A stretch of DNA of 64,000 nucleotides from Candidatus Tayloriibacteriota bacterium. GTDB lineage: Bacteria; Patescibacteriota; Minisyncoccia; Phycocordibacterales; HO2-43-120. Below the pieces are notes generated by a model. That model ran no database searches. It saw nothing but the letters and a program-made list of their open reading frames with translations, and was not told where the DNA came from. Below are positions 9,701 through 19,818 of the stretch, piece after piece. The stretch covers positions 921 through 64,920 of the forward strand of contig JBDTMN010000005.1 of the NCBI GenBank assembly GCA_039934295.1, read 5' to 3'. Every line of letters starts with the position of its first letter. Position 1 is the first letter of the stretch. A program made the position numbers and the translations under genes.

Positions 9701-9784
9701 AAAAATTCTAATCTGACATTTTCAACAATTGCAAAATGGAGGAGAGTGGTCAAAATTTCAATTGATAAACTTTTGAAATAAACT

Positions 9785-10447
9785 ATGCCCAAAATTAAGG
9801 ATATACCAAAATTTGATAGACCTAGAGAGAAACTGGAAAAATATGGTTCAGGAAAATTATCTGATGCTGAACTTTTAGCAATTCTACTTCGAACAGGTAC
9901 GAGAGATTTAAATGTTTTAAAATTAGCTCACAAGATTTTGCAAAAATTTGAAAAAGAAAAATTTGTCAATATAACAATTGATGAATTGAAGACCATTCAT
10001 GGATTAGGTCCAGTAAAGGCTTGTGAGATTATTGCTTGTTTCGAGTTAGGAAAACGTATGTTGAAAGGCAAAAAATCATCAATTTTACTTTCTTCTAAAG
10101 ATGTTTGGGAACGGATGGAAGATATTAGAGGGAGCAAAAAAGAGCATTTTGTAGTTTTTTATTTGGATAGTAGAAACCAAGAAATACAGAGAGAAATTAT
10201 CTCAGTAGGGACTCTCAATGAGAGTTTGGTTCATCCCCGAGAGGTTTTTGAGGGTGCAATCAAAAATAACGCTTCCTCGATTATTATTGCTCATAATCAC
10301 CCTTCAGGAGATTTGGGGCCATCTGAAGCTGATATTGAGATAACAAAAAAATTAATCCATGCTGGAAAAATTCTAGATATCAAGGTTGCTGATCATGTAA
10401 TTGTCTCCAGCTCATCTTTTATGGGTTTTATTGCAAATATCGTATGA
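9785..10447 (+). CDS. radC: RadC-like JAB/MPN domain protein
   Basis: C-terminal JAMM motif HNHPSGD...SEAD plus an N-terminal helix-hairpin-helix region; 220 aa. Confidence 0.8.
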   Translation: MPKIKDIPKFDRPREKLEKYGSGKLSDAELLAILLRTGTRDLNVLKLAHKILQKFEKEKFVNITIDELKTIHGLGPVKACEIIACFELGKRMLKGKKSSILLSSKDVWERMEDIRGSKKEHFVVFYLDSRNQEIQREIISVGTLNESLVHPREVFEGAIKNNASSIIIAHNHPSGDLGPSEADIEITKKLIHAGKILDIKVADHVIVSSSSFMGFIANIV

Positions 10448-10896
10448 AAATAAAAAGTGACAAAAAAGCTAAAGAAGAATTTGCAGAAATTCTTAAAACT
10501 AGAGGTTATTCTGATGTGCGGATAGTAAAGCAACCAGCTGATATTACTGCTATAAAAAATGATACAACATATTTTTTTGAGATTAAAAAAACTTCTGCGA
10601 AGAAGGAGTATTTTGGTGCAGCGACACTTACGGAATGGAGAGCTGCATATGAAAATCCCAATAGTTATTTTTTTGTTATAGCACAAGAGATACCAGAAGG
10701 TTTTAATTTTATTGAGTATACTCCTGATGAATTTGAGAAATTCTCATCTATTCCTCCTTTTAAAATATTTTTCAACATACCTTTAAATGGAAATAACAAA
10801 GTTGAAACAAGAAGGAAAAATAGGTCTGCAATTCAATTTATGAGAGAAAAATTGATAAAATTGGACGAGATATTTTCAACTTTTAAAAATGGCTAA
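10444..10896 (+). CDS. hypothetical protein with a possible PD-(D/E)xK nuclease-like core
   Basis: ADITAIKNDTTYFFEIKKT fits a D...ExK arrangement. Overlaps its neighbours by 4 and 8 bp, which suggests one operon with radC and the endonuclease. Confidence 0.4.
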   Translation: MKIKSDKKAKEEFAEILKTRGYSDVRIVKQPADITAIKNDTTYFFEIKKTSAKKEYFGAATLTEWRAAYENPNSYFFVIAQEIPEGFNFIEYTPDEFEKFSSIPPFKIFFNIPLNGNNKVETRRKNRSAIQFMREKLIKLDEIFSTFKNG

Positions 10897-12286
10897 AATA
10901 TATCAAACAAAAGAACAAGTCTTGGAAAAAGCAGAAACAATTTTGCATAAATCTTTGCGTGAGGTTATTTCCTTAGAATCACTTGGAATTATTGAGACCC
11001 AAATTGGAGAATATGGAATGAAGCGCAAAGGATTTTTGGGTGATTTGATAGAAAAATACTTTTTTGATATTAACCCCGGAAATATTAGTGAGCCAGATTT
11101 TAAAATTGCAGAGGTTGAACTTAAAACTACTCCACTAAAGAAACATGGCAATAAAAAATTAGTTTCGAAGGAAAGATTAGTTTTCTCAATGATTAACTAC
11201 GACACTGTCGTGAATGAAACATGGAAGCTAAGCTCTTTCTTAAAAAAGAACAGGTCATTATTATTGATGTTCTACTTATGGATGGAAAATAGGAGTATTC
11301 TTGATTATGAATTTAAATTTGTTCATCTATTGAATTTGCTAGAAGATATTTCTAGTGAAGATTTTTTTCAAATTCAAAAGGATTGGGAGTATATTGTTTC
11401 AAAAATAAAACGAGGAGAAGCACATCTTTTATCTGAAGGCGACACTTACTATCTCGGTGCTTGTACGAAGGCGGCGAATAGTCGAGTTGTAAGAGATCAA
11501 CCAATGAATCGTATGCCCGCAAAACCCCGTGCATTTTCTTTCAAACAACAATATATAAATTATCTGATCCAAACAAAGCTACTTGGCGAAAAAACAAACA
11601 CAGACTCAATTTTTAAGAAACAGAGACGAATTGAGACTATAGAAGATTTAATTAAGGAAAAGTTTTCTGCGTTTATAGGAAAAACTGACAAAGAAATACT
11701 TAATAAACTTGGCTCAAATCTCGGCACAAAAGCAAAAAGCTATAAGAGATTGATTGTTAATAGGATTCTTGATGTTAATTCAAATAACATCGAAGAGCTA
11801 GAAAAAGCCAATATAACTCTTAAGGTAATAACACTTGAACATAGTGGGACACTTAAAGAATCTATGTCATTCCCTGCATTTGATTACAAAGATTTAGTAA
11901 CTCAAATTTGGAATGATGACGAAGAAGAATCAATGGCTGATTTTCACCTACAACTTGAAACTAAAAAATTCTTGTTTGTTGTGTTTCAAAAACAGAAAGG
12001 AAGTGACGACATAATACTCAAAAAAACTATGTTCTGGAATTTTCCAATGAAAGATATTTCTGAGGCGGAGAACGTTTGGCAAAAAACAATTGATTGTATT
12101 AATGATGGTAGGTACGATAAATTACCAAAACTCAAAGATAGTCATGTGGCACATGTTCGTCCTCATGGAAAAGACTCGACCGATACAATTGCAACACCTC
12201 AAAATACACAGGAAATGAAGCGCTGTTTTTGGCTTAATGCTAAATATATACAACAAGCCATAGAAAACAAAAAAGATCAAGGTTGA
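10889..12286 (+). CDS. Sau3AI/MutH-family restriction endonuclease (candidate GATC-specific type II REase)
   Basis: N-terminal region matches the MutH/Sau3AI catalytic signature, including the EVELKT block that resembles MutH. Length 465 aa is similar to the two-domain Sau3AI; it sits next to a C5 methyltransferase. Confidence 0.55.
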   Translation: MAKIYQTKEQVLEKAETILHKSLREVISLESLGIIETQIGEYGMKRKGFLGDLIEKYFFDINPGNISEPDFKIAEVELKTTPLKKHGNKKLVSKERLVFSMINYDTVVNETWKLSSFLKKNRSLLLMFYLWMENRSILDYEFKFVHLLNLLEDISSEDFFQIQKDWEYIVSKIKRGEAHLLSEGDTYYLGACTKAANSRVVRDQPMNRMPAKPRAFSFKQQYINYLIQTKLLGEKTNTDSIFKKQRRIETIEDLIKEKFSAFIGKTDKEILNKLGSNLGTKAKSYKRLIVNRILDVNSNNIEELEKANITLKVITLEHSGTLKESMSFPAFDYKDLVTQIWNDDEEESMADFHLQLETKKFLFVVFQKQKGSDDIILKKTMFWNFPMKDISEAENVWQKTIDCINDGRYDKLPKLKDSHVAHVRPHGKDSTDTIATPQNTQEMKRCFWLNAKYIQQAIENKKDQG

Positions 12287-12317
12287 TCAATTTGTTGCTA
12301 TTTGCTATAATTACCTC

Positions 12318-13595
12318 ATGAAGAAAATACGAGTTGCTGAATTATTTGCAGGTGTGGGTGGGTTTAGAATTGGCCTGGAATCTGCTGCAAAAAAACAAAA
12401 AAACCTTAAATATGAGGTTGTCTGGAGTAGTCAGTGGGAACCGGGTGCAACCACTCAACACGCATCAGAAATATATGAGTTAAATTTTGGTAAAGATGGA
12501 CATTCAAATGAGGATATCCAAGAGGTCATCGCAAATAAATTTCACGAGATTCAAGATCACGATTTGCTCGTTGGCGGATTCCCTTGTCAGGATTATTCCG
12601 TCGCAAGAACACTAAGCCAAGCTAAAGGATTAGAGGGAAAAAAGGGGGTACTCTGGTGGTCAATTTATAATATCCTCAAAAAAAAAGGGAAAAATGCTCC
12701 CGGTTTTCTTATGTTGGAAAATGTTGACCGTCTTTTAAAATCACCATCTGGCCAGAGAGGTCGTGATTTTGCAGTTATGCTCTCATCTCTTAATAATTTA
12801 GGATACATCGTCGAATGGCGAGTAATAAATGCGGCCGAGTATGGAATGCCTCAAAGAAGAAGAAGAGTCTATATCCTAGGATATAAGAAAGGAACAAATA
12901 TTTACAAAAAAATTAAAGCCGAAAAAAATAAGGAAAAATGGATAAATAATGACGGAGTCATTGCAAAAGTTTTTCCTGTAAAAAATACAATTACCAGCAA
13001 TAACAGATTTTTCTTAGAGAAAGATTTAGTGAGACTATCTAAAAATTTTTCACTGGGTAAATCAACGAAAAGTCCTTTTGAAATCGCAGGCATTATGATT
13101 GACGGAGATGTTTACACACACAGAGTTACTCCTGAGTACAACGGCAACCTTACTACCTTAAGAGACCTTGTTGAGTCTGATGAGAAAAAGATTCCAAAAG
13201 AATTTTTTATTGATACTAAAGATATGCCTATGTGGAAATATCTTAAAGGAGGGAAAAAAGAAGCCCGAAAAAGTAAAAATGGATTCACCTATGATTATTC
13301 TGAGGGTGCTATGGTTTTCCCCGACTCATTAGAAAAACCATCTAGAACTATAGTGACTGGAGAAGGCGGTTCTTCACCTTCAAGATTTAAGCATGTAATA
13401 AAGACAAAATCAGGAAGTCTCCGCAGGTTAATACCGAAGGAGCTTGAAAAATTAAATATGTTTCCAGAGGGTCACACAGAAAAAATGCTCAATGGGAAAC
13501 TGACTCCTGACATAAAACGTGCTTTCATCATGGGTAATGCCCTTGTCGTCGGCGTAATAGAAAAATTGGGAAAATCTTTGGCTATGTTTCTGTAG
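12318..13595 (+). CDS. DNA (cytosine-5)-methyltransferase
   Basis: Motif I FAGVGGFRIG, motif IV GFPCQDYS, motif VI ENV, motif X GNALVV. Confidence 0.85.
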   Translation: MKKIRVAELFAGVGGFRIGLESAAKKQKNLKYEVVWSSQWEPGATTQHASEIYELNFGKDGHSNEDIQEVIANKFHEIQDHDLLVGGFPCQDYSVARTLSQAKGLEGKKGVLWWSIYNILKKKGKNAPGFLMLENVDRLLKSPSGQRGRDFAVMLSSLNNLGYIVEWRVINAAEYGMPQRRRRVYILGYKKGTNIYKKIKAEKNKEKWINNDGVIAKVFPVKNTITSNNRFFLEKDLVRLSKNFSLGKSTKSPFEIAGIMIDGDVYTHRVTPEYNGNLTTLRDLVESDEKKIPKEFFIDTKDMPMWKYLKGGKKEARKSKNGFTYDYSEGAMVFPDSLEKPSRTIVTGEGGSSPSRFKHVIKTKSGSLRRLIPKELEKLNMFPEGHTEKMLNGKLTPDIKRAFIMGNALVVGVIEKLGKSLAMFL

Positions 13596-13959
13596 GAGAT
13601 GAATTTTAAAATAATCTTGATGCTTTGTATAATCTGACAGAGAAGTCCGCCTTCGGCAAGGACCGTCCTTGACATAGATTTGTCGAGCTTGATACTTCTG
13701 ACAACTTTCTCAGCCTATACTCGGCACCTTCAATCATGGAAGAGTAAGCAAAATTAGACCACACTTTTCAAAATAGAAAGGGCACCTTTCTATTACCTTT
13801 CTATTACTGAACGTGCGGTTCAGAATCTTCGTTGGGATTTCGTTCCATATCTACTAACAAAAGTCAGTAAACTTAGGAACGTTTCTTATTAAGTTGTAAG
13901 GTAACTATAGCAAAATACACCTAAAAGAACAGGTTTTTTAGCTTCCGTGAATATAGAAA

Positions 13960-15240
13960 CTAAAGTGATTTTAACCAATCAATGACCTTAATATTAGTTT
14001 CAAGCATTTCGATCACTTCTCTTTGTTTTGGTTCTTTTCCTTTATGCACAATCTCATTTCTTGTCTGATCGTAGAGCGTACACCACTTATTCCAAAGAGG
14101 TTCATCGGCTTCGTATAGAGATGTACTTTTTAGTTCTCTTAAACATTCTTTTAACCTTTCTTTTGTACGCCAATGCTGATCAAGATATTTTACCGCATCA
14201 GGTTCAGAATCTCCTCGTAATAGTAATATTTTGAATAAAAAGTTTTCCAAAAAAATCTCAAGTGCCTGAAATGATTGCACTACTGCAAGAGTGAAATCTT
14301 TGTTATCCAAAGACGTTTGAGCATCTAGTAACAGAAGATCGAAAATCTCAGGTTTTTCTCCCTTTTCAAGCATCTCTTTAATTTTTGTGATCTCATTCTT
14401 AGATCGATTCATTGTGGCAGTCTCAATACCAAAACCTGATCCCAATATGTAAAATCCTTTATTATGTTCTATGAAATAGATTGTATTTATCTCAAGCGTA
14501 CCCAATCTTTGGACAAAGCCATTTCTAGTTACCCCACGATAGCTATCTATCAATTTATTCACTACTGTAAGAGCAGTCTCTTTAACGTCGTCGATAACTT
14601 TTTCTAATTGGTTTCGATTAGCCAATTCTTGTACAGAAGTTGTTTTGTCGAATTGAATATAAAGAGCTGAATATCGGAACGTGCCATTTTGATCTTTCAT
14701 TCTCTCGATATTTCTACCTGTAAAGTCCTGTTCCCATCCATCATCAAAATCAACAGGTACTTTTGGAGTTAAAATTACACTGTTATTAAAATATGTTGTT
14801 TTATCTTCTGAAAAGAAATCAATCTCACTCGATTTTACCGCACCCTCCTGAGCTTTTTTAGTCCATATTTTTCTATGTATCAACAAAGCCTTGATTCCTA
14901 GTTCTGGTAGATCAACCTCTAGTTCATAGTGATTTGGTATATGTAAGCAGTACGGTAGGTGTGCCTCAACAAAAATATTACCGTAATCACAGTCTTTGAG
15001 GGCATCAGGATTATCATACTGAAAAGCCATTTGTGTCGTGTATATCGCGCTTAAAGGAGTAAGTCTTACAATCTGTAAATCTTGTTTGATCTTTTCTCTT
15101 AGATTTTCTTCTGGTGTCTCTGTAAGTTTATCTTTATTTGCGATTAGTGAGAGTTCTTCTTCTGAGGAAGTTTCTCCTACGGTAAAGACACCTTTGATGT
15201 TAATTTCAGTCTTGTTTTTGATTCTAAGCGGGTCTGCCAT
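13960..15240 (-). CDS. hypothetical protein with a C-terminal HEPN-like Rx4-6H motif (candidate abortive-infection or toxin effector)
   Basis: 426 aa. C-terminal helical region contains TRNEIVHKG (R-x4-H). No other recognisable domain; sits in the AT-rich island. Confidence 0.4.
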   Translation of the reverse strand: MADPLRIKNKTEINIKGVFTVGETSSEEELSLIANKDKLTETPEENLREKIKQDLQIVRLTPLSAIYTTQMAFQYDNPDALKDCDYGNIFVEAHLPYCLHIPNHYELEVDLPELGIKALLIHRKIWTKKAQEGAVKSSEIDFFSEDKTTYFNNSVILTPKVPVDFDDGWEQDFTGRNIERMKDQNGTFRYSALYIQFDKTTSVQELANRNQLEKVIDDVKETALTVVNKLIDSYRGVTRNGFVQRLGTLEINTIYFIEHNKGFYILGSGFGIETATMNRSKNEITKIKEMLEKGEKPEIFDLLLLDAQTSLDNKDFTLAVVQSFQALEIFLENFLFKILLLRGDSEPDAVKYLDQHWRTKERLKECLRELKSTSLYEADEPLWNKWCTLYDQTRNEIVHKGKEPKQREVIEMLETNIKVIDWLKSL

Positions 15241-15275
15241 ATAGTTGTATGCCTATTTTAGCAAATATAGGTATT

Positions 15276-15746
15276 TTATATAGGGTCTATATTGTTCTCC
15301 CTCAGTAACCTTTCTAAGTGCTCGATCCGTTGTTCTTGTTGGGTTAGTTGAAAAGCAACCACAGCGCTAGATGAAAACTCGTGAGGGCGTTTTAGCTCCA
15401 AGTATCGCCACGATGATTTTACATCTCCATTCAATAACGCTTGGAAGATTGCTTTGCGAGCAAGCAGTATTGGAGTGGCTTGTAAAAGCTCGATTTTGTT
15501 GCGAAACTCGGGATTATTTTTACAGTATCGATAGAACGAATCTGTCGAAATACCCGCCAAATTACAGGCTTCTTGAGCTGTACCACCTATTGAAGAAACA
15601 TACTGTAATTTCGCAACAACCTCATTTTCGTCTTTCCCGTCAAAGACAGGTCTACCAACGTATCTATTTTTGATCCTTGCTCGATAAGGAGAGAAAGTTA
15701 ATACAACATCACGGACTTTGAGTTTTTGCTTCTGAAATGTAATCAT
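15276..15746 (-). CDS. helix-turn-helix protein (terminase-small-subunit-like or regulator HTH)
   Basis: GGTAQEACNLAGISTDSFYRYCKNN is a typical HTH; 156 aa, immediately upstream of the HEPN-motif gene on the same strand. Confidence 0.45.
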   Translation of the reverse strand: MITFQKQKLKVRDVVLTFSPYRARIKNRYVGRPVFDGKDENEVVAKLQYVSSIGGTAQEACNLAGISTDSFYRYCKNNPEFRNKIELLQATPILLARKAIFQALLNGDVKSSWRYLELKRPHEFSSSAVVAFQLTQQEQRIEHLERLLRENNIDPI

Positions 15747-15847
15747 AGAGATTAAGCAGTTATATCAGCGGTTTCCTTAGATAGTTTAGGTATATAAAAA
15801 TAATTTGATGGCACTACCCAATAGGTTCTAATGTCATCTACTACCCT

Positions 15848-15900
15848 CCGCCCATACAAAAAACGAGCACTCTGGAGGTGCTCGTTTTTTGTATGGGCGG
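15848..15900. terminator. bidirectional intrinsic terminator
   Basis: CCGCCCATACAAAAAACGAGCAC-tctggag-GTGCTCGTTTTTTGTATGGGCGG. A 23-bp stem with A and T runs on both sides, downstream of the large minus-strand gene. Confidence 0.7.
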
Positions 15901-15963
15901 AAGTTTTTAACCGAAGTTCGAACGTTTTTTTAAAAAAATTCGCAACAGAACTATGTAGTCCAC

Positions 15964-18900
15964 TTAAATCCTAAAACTCTCTTTGATAATCCCCTTCTTG
16001 TTAGTCGACACATCCTTGCTCATTATCACAGTATAACTACCATCTGCGTTTTTCTTTTGAATTTCAACGCGAAATTCACCAGGTGGCACCAGACAATAGT
16101 ATCTTCCATACGCATCAGATACGACCGATTTTATTACGGCAAATTTATCCGGAGTATATACCTTTATGATTGCGTACGAGAGAGGTTGACCCGTCCGCGA
16201 ATCAATCACTGTGCCATACTGACGACCCCTAATTCCAAACATATACATCACACACAGAATGATGTAAGCGAATGAGAGAATGAGGTTTAGAGTGGAGAAG
16301 TTGAAAATATTTTCGACAATAGTAAACACCAAACCTGCTCCAAAAAGTATTTCACGTACCAGAGCAAATATTCGCTCATTTTTAGAGTGAAAAATCATCA
16401 GATCTTTGTCATGCTTTGCGAATTCGTTCCAATCAAACCCAACAGGATCTAAAGGAATATTTTTCTTCACAATTTCACCTGAAGAGATGTCAATCATTCC
16501 TCCAAAATACAAATCACCGTAGATTTCATCAAAACCTTTTCCCGACATTCGTTCCGAAGGAAATACACAGTGGGTCTTTTGAGCTTTCAACGTATACTTT
16601 CCGGGAGATAAGAGAAAACCGTATCTCCCGTCAAGGTCGGTGATTGACTCCGCTACTACGTTGCCCGAGATATCGAGTGCCGAAACAATCGCGGGATCAA
16701 GTGGCTGTTTGGTAACACTGTCGTATACCGTCCCCCATGGAGTTATTCTCTTTTTTATTCCAAAAAATATGAGGAGCAATCCCCAAAATCTTCTTAGTTG
16801 CAAAAGTAGTTCCGCAAGTGAATTGAACGACAGAGAACTTGAAACGACAGCGAGAAAAGGCACAATGAGACCGAGTGCTTTGACAACCGTTGCCTCTTTC
16901 GAATTTACAATAGTTTTGGATATACTTGTAGCGTCATCTATGATCCTTCCGACAACTGAAGTAAGACCTGAGACAATCGATACGAAAGACGTATTGCTTC
17001 CTGAAGTCGATATGCCATTGTTACCAGACGTGTTTTTTGTGTTGTCAATATTGTCAACATTATTGTCCACACTAGAATCGAAAGGTCCTGGGTTATTGTC
17101 GTTGGGATTAGTCTGCGTGTCGTTCATATTTGAATCAAGAAGAGGGTCATTCACCGGTAATTTATTTGGCGGTGGCGTCGGAATAATCGGTGGTCTAACT
17201 ACACGAGTAGTATAGTTCTTCTGGAATTCGAGTGGTATAGGTGTGCGGCGCGAAGACGAGCCTCCGGAAGAACCGCTCCCAGTAGAGCTAGGTGGCACAA
17301 CTGGAGGAACCGGACAACTTTCTGTCGCAAACATCACATCCTCTCCATAGGAAAGTCCCACGGTACTTCCGGCATATGCCGCCATGTGATAGGTGGTATC
17401 GCAAATTAAATCAGTAATCGGGGCAGTGAAAGTTCCGGCCGAGAAATCTCCCGATTCAGTTGTGGTTGAGGTGTAGGAAGCAGTAAGACCATATACGATA
17501 CCTCTCACATCTGGAATGACATCTCCTGTTGCCGTAATCGTTCCATTACCCGTAGCGGTAGTTTGGGTAATAGATGAAACTGCTTGAGTTGTAACGGTAG
17601 GGGCGAAAACGGCAATAGTGGTGGTCGAGAGTATGGCTCCAGTTGACGTGCCAGTAGAATTAACAGCATACGCTCGGAAGTAGTAGAGGGTGTTCGGAGT
17701 AAGACCGGTGAGATTTTCGGAGAATGATGCAGTTCCGATTTGAGCGCCCAAGGTTGAGGTGGCAATTACCGTCGAGAGGTCTGCTGACGTGCCATATGCA
17801 AAACCGCTTTCAGTTGCATCCTCTCCGCCGGTATCGGTGATGACTCCGTTTAAGGTCGCAGTAGTTTGAGTGACGGAAGAAGCAGCTTGGGTAGTGAGGA
17901 AGGAACCAGAAGGAGCGAGCGTGGCAGTCGAAAGAATGGAACCATACGAAGTTCCAGAAGGGTTTATGGCATACGCGCGAAAGTAGTAGGTGGTGTTCTG
18001 TTGTAGACCGGTTATATTTTGAAGGAATGAGGCTGTGCCAGTTTGAGAGCCCAAGGTTGAGGTGGCAATCACCGTCGAGAGGTCTGCTGACGTGCCATAT
18101 GCAAAACCGCTTTCAGTTGCATCGCCACCACTACCAGTAGCGGTTATTGTTCCGTTAAAGGTTATTGAAGATATAGTTATTGCAGTGGGGGGAGAAGTCG
18201 TAACATGCATCAAATCAACAAAAGTTACAGCCCCTAAAGAATCAGTGTAATTTAGTACGTCTGAAGCTGTGGCCGTACTCGTGAATGCTCCATTCAAAAA
18301 TGTGATACCTAAATTGGATATACTATTAGCCACAGCGTGACTTGAAGCAGTACCGGTAAATGTAAGAGTTGCCGTAGTACCAGCGCCGTTTACCGTCATG
18401 AGAGGAGTGAGACCGGCCGGAGCATTGCTGAGAGAGTAATCAGTATTTAAAGTGAGCGTTGAACCAGCATGAGTAAATAGGTCATTTGTAAGAGTAGCTA
18501 TGCGACTTCCAGAGACGATACCGTCATCAGCGCCGGTTTCGGTGAAAGAACCGGAGTATGAGGTAATTTTAGGTTCCGCAAATTTGTATACAATAGGTGG
18601 GTGATTGCTGTTGATACCAGCATCATTAAATATTACAAATGGAGTGTCATTGTGATCTATAGCCAAAGCAATAAAGGTTACGGCTCCAACGGAAAAACCT
18701 GAAGTGCCGACAGTGTCCCACGAGGAACCACTCCATTTTTTTACCACAATTTTGTCAGCAGGAATTGTGGTAGAATCAGCATATGCTATATATGGAGTAC
18801 CTAATGAATCCGTAGCGATATTCACACTAGATGCTACTCCATCAGAAAAACCGCGTGTCCCGATAAGATTCCAGGTTGCTCCATTATATTTATATACGGT

Positions 18901-19818
18901 AGCTTTTCCGCTATAAGGCGCTGGGAGATCAGAGTACCCTACATATGGCAATATACCCGTAGAATCAAGAGCTAATATTTTTTGAGCCTGTACACCGAAA
19001 CCTGAAATACCAGTACTTCCAATGGGGACATATTCCCAATTTAGCCCATTTAATTTTTTTACTACAGCTCTATTTCCTCCACCCACACCGGTATCTTCAT
19101 ATGCAAGATAGGGAACATTAGAAGAATTTATTTTAATTGCTATTTTGAATGCTGAATCAACCGAAATTGTAAATGGAGCCGTAAAAGGACTAGCACCACC
19201 GACATACAGCCAAGCAGAACCGTTCCATTTTCGAACTACAGTCTTATAGTTAGATGCGTCAACAAGATCACTATATGCTATATATACAAGACCTGTTGAA
19301 TCAATGGCGATAGATGGCTCACTTTGTAGATACCACTGACTTAAGCAAGCGGTGCCTTCATATACCCAATTTACTCCATCGAATTTTTTAACGCTTATGC
19401 CAAATTGTCCTTGAGTAGGACAATGTTGATCTCTAAACGCAACATATGGAACGCCAGAAGGACTGAGAGCCAGACGTGAGTAAAGAGCGCCAACGCCACC
19501 ATTGATATCTGCACTGCCCACTAAAGTCCACGACGAACCATTCCATTTTTTTAAATAACTTTTGCCGGTATCATAATATACGACATATGGTATATTTTGG
19601 GAATCAAAGACTATATCCTCCCAGGCTCCTCCATGTGGAGGAGTAAATTCTGATATTGAACCACTACCAACGATAGTCCATTGAGTAACGGCTAGTGCAT
19701 TCTGGGCAATAGAAAAACTTACAATAACTGTAAAAAGCGCAAGGGCATATTTAAAGTTTTTACTATTTCGTATTTTTGACATAAAACAATTAATGGTAAC
19801 TACCTGTATTATTGCCAT
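15964..19818 (-). CDS. giant secreted surface protein (beta-propeller-like repeats, FN3-like domains, low-complexity linker, multi-TM region, two carboxypeptidase-regulatory-like domains)
   Basis: ORF track 15964..19830 with a TTG start; the ATG MAIIQ... lies at 19816-19818 and MSKIRN... is another possible start. A signal peptide is present. Repeated ~50-aa units contain PYVAY...KW/KYNGSSW. Three or more ...TYYFRAYA...G.S.G modules are present. The C-terminus has GTVYDS...DGRYGF and GTVIDS...YGRYY blocks. Confidence 0.7.
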   Translation of the reverse strand: MAIIQVVTINCFMSKIRNSKNFKYALALFTVIVSFSIAQNALAVTQWTIVGSGSISEFTPPHGGAWEDIVFDSQNIPYVVYYDTGKSYLKKWNGSSWTLVGSADINGGVGALYSRLALSPSGVPYVAFRDQHCPTQGQFGISVKKFDGVNWVYEGTACLSQWYLQSEPSIAIDSTGLVYIAYSDLVDASNYKTVVRKWNGSAWLYVGGASPFTAPFTISVDSAFKIAIKINSSNVPYLAYEDTGVGGGNRAVVKKLNGLNWEYVPIGSTGISGFGVQAQKILALDSTGILPYVGYSDLPAPYSGKATVYKYNGATWNLIGTRGFSDGVASSVNIATDSLGTPYIAYADSTTIPADKIVVKKWSGSSWDTVGTSGFSVGAVTFIALAIDHNDTPFVIFNDAGINSNHPPIVYKFAEPKITSYSGSFTETGADDGIVSGSRIATLTNDLFTHAGSTLTLNTDYSLSNAPAGLTPLMTVNGAGTTATLTFTGTASSHAVANSISNLGITFLNGAFTSTATASDVLNYTDSLGAVTFVDLMHVTTSPPTAITISSITFNGTITATGSGGDATESGFAYGTSADLSTVIATSTLGSQTGTASFLQNITGLQQNTTYYFRAYAINPSGTSYGSILSTATLAPSGSFLTTQAASSVTQTTATLNGVITDTGGEDATESGFAYGTSADLSTVIATSTLGAQIGTASFSENLTGLTPNTLYYFRAYAVNSTGTSTGAILSTTTIAVFAPTVTTQAVSSITQTTATGNGTITATGDVIPDVRGIVYGLTASYTSTTTESGDFSAGTFTAPITDLICDTTYHMAAYAGSTVGLSYGEDVMFATESCPVPPVVPPSSTGSGSSGGSSSRRTPIPLEFQKNYTTRVVRPPIIPTPPPNKLPVNDPLLDSNMNDTQTNPNDNNPGPFDSSVDNNVDNIDNTKNTSGNNGISTSGSNTSFVSIVSGLTSVVGRIIDDATSISKTIVNSKEATVVKALGLIVPFLAVVSSSLSFNSLAELLLQLRRFWGLLLIFFGIKKRITPWGTVYDSVTKQPLDPAIVSALDISGNVVAESITDLDGRYGFLLSPGKYTLKAQKTHCVFPSERMSGKGFDEIYGDLYFGGMIDISSGEIVKKNIPLDPVGFDWNEFAKHDKDLMIFHSKNERIFALVREILFGAGLVFTIVENIFNFSTLNLILSFAYIILCVMYMFGIRGRQYGTVIDSRTGQPLSYAIIKVYTPDKFAVIKSVVSDAYGRYYCLVPPGEFRVEIQKKNADGSYTVIMSKDVSTNKKGIIKESFRI

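Noticed and set aside
9275-9792. Small ORFs (9275-9499, 9595-9792) across the tRNA-Ser and tRNA-fragment repeat region
   Set aside because: They overlap the tRNA gene and degenerate tRNA-end repeats; the translations are repeat-derived.
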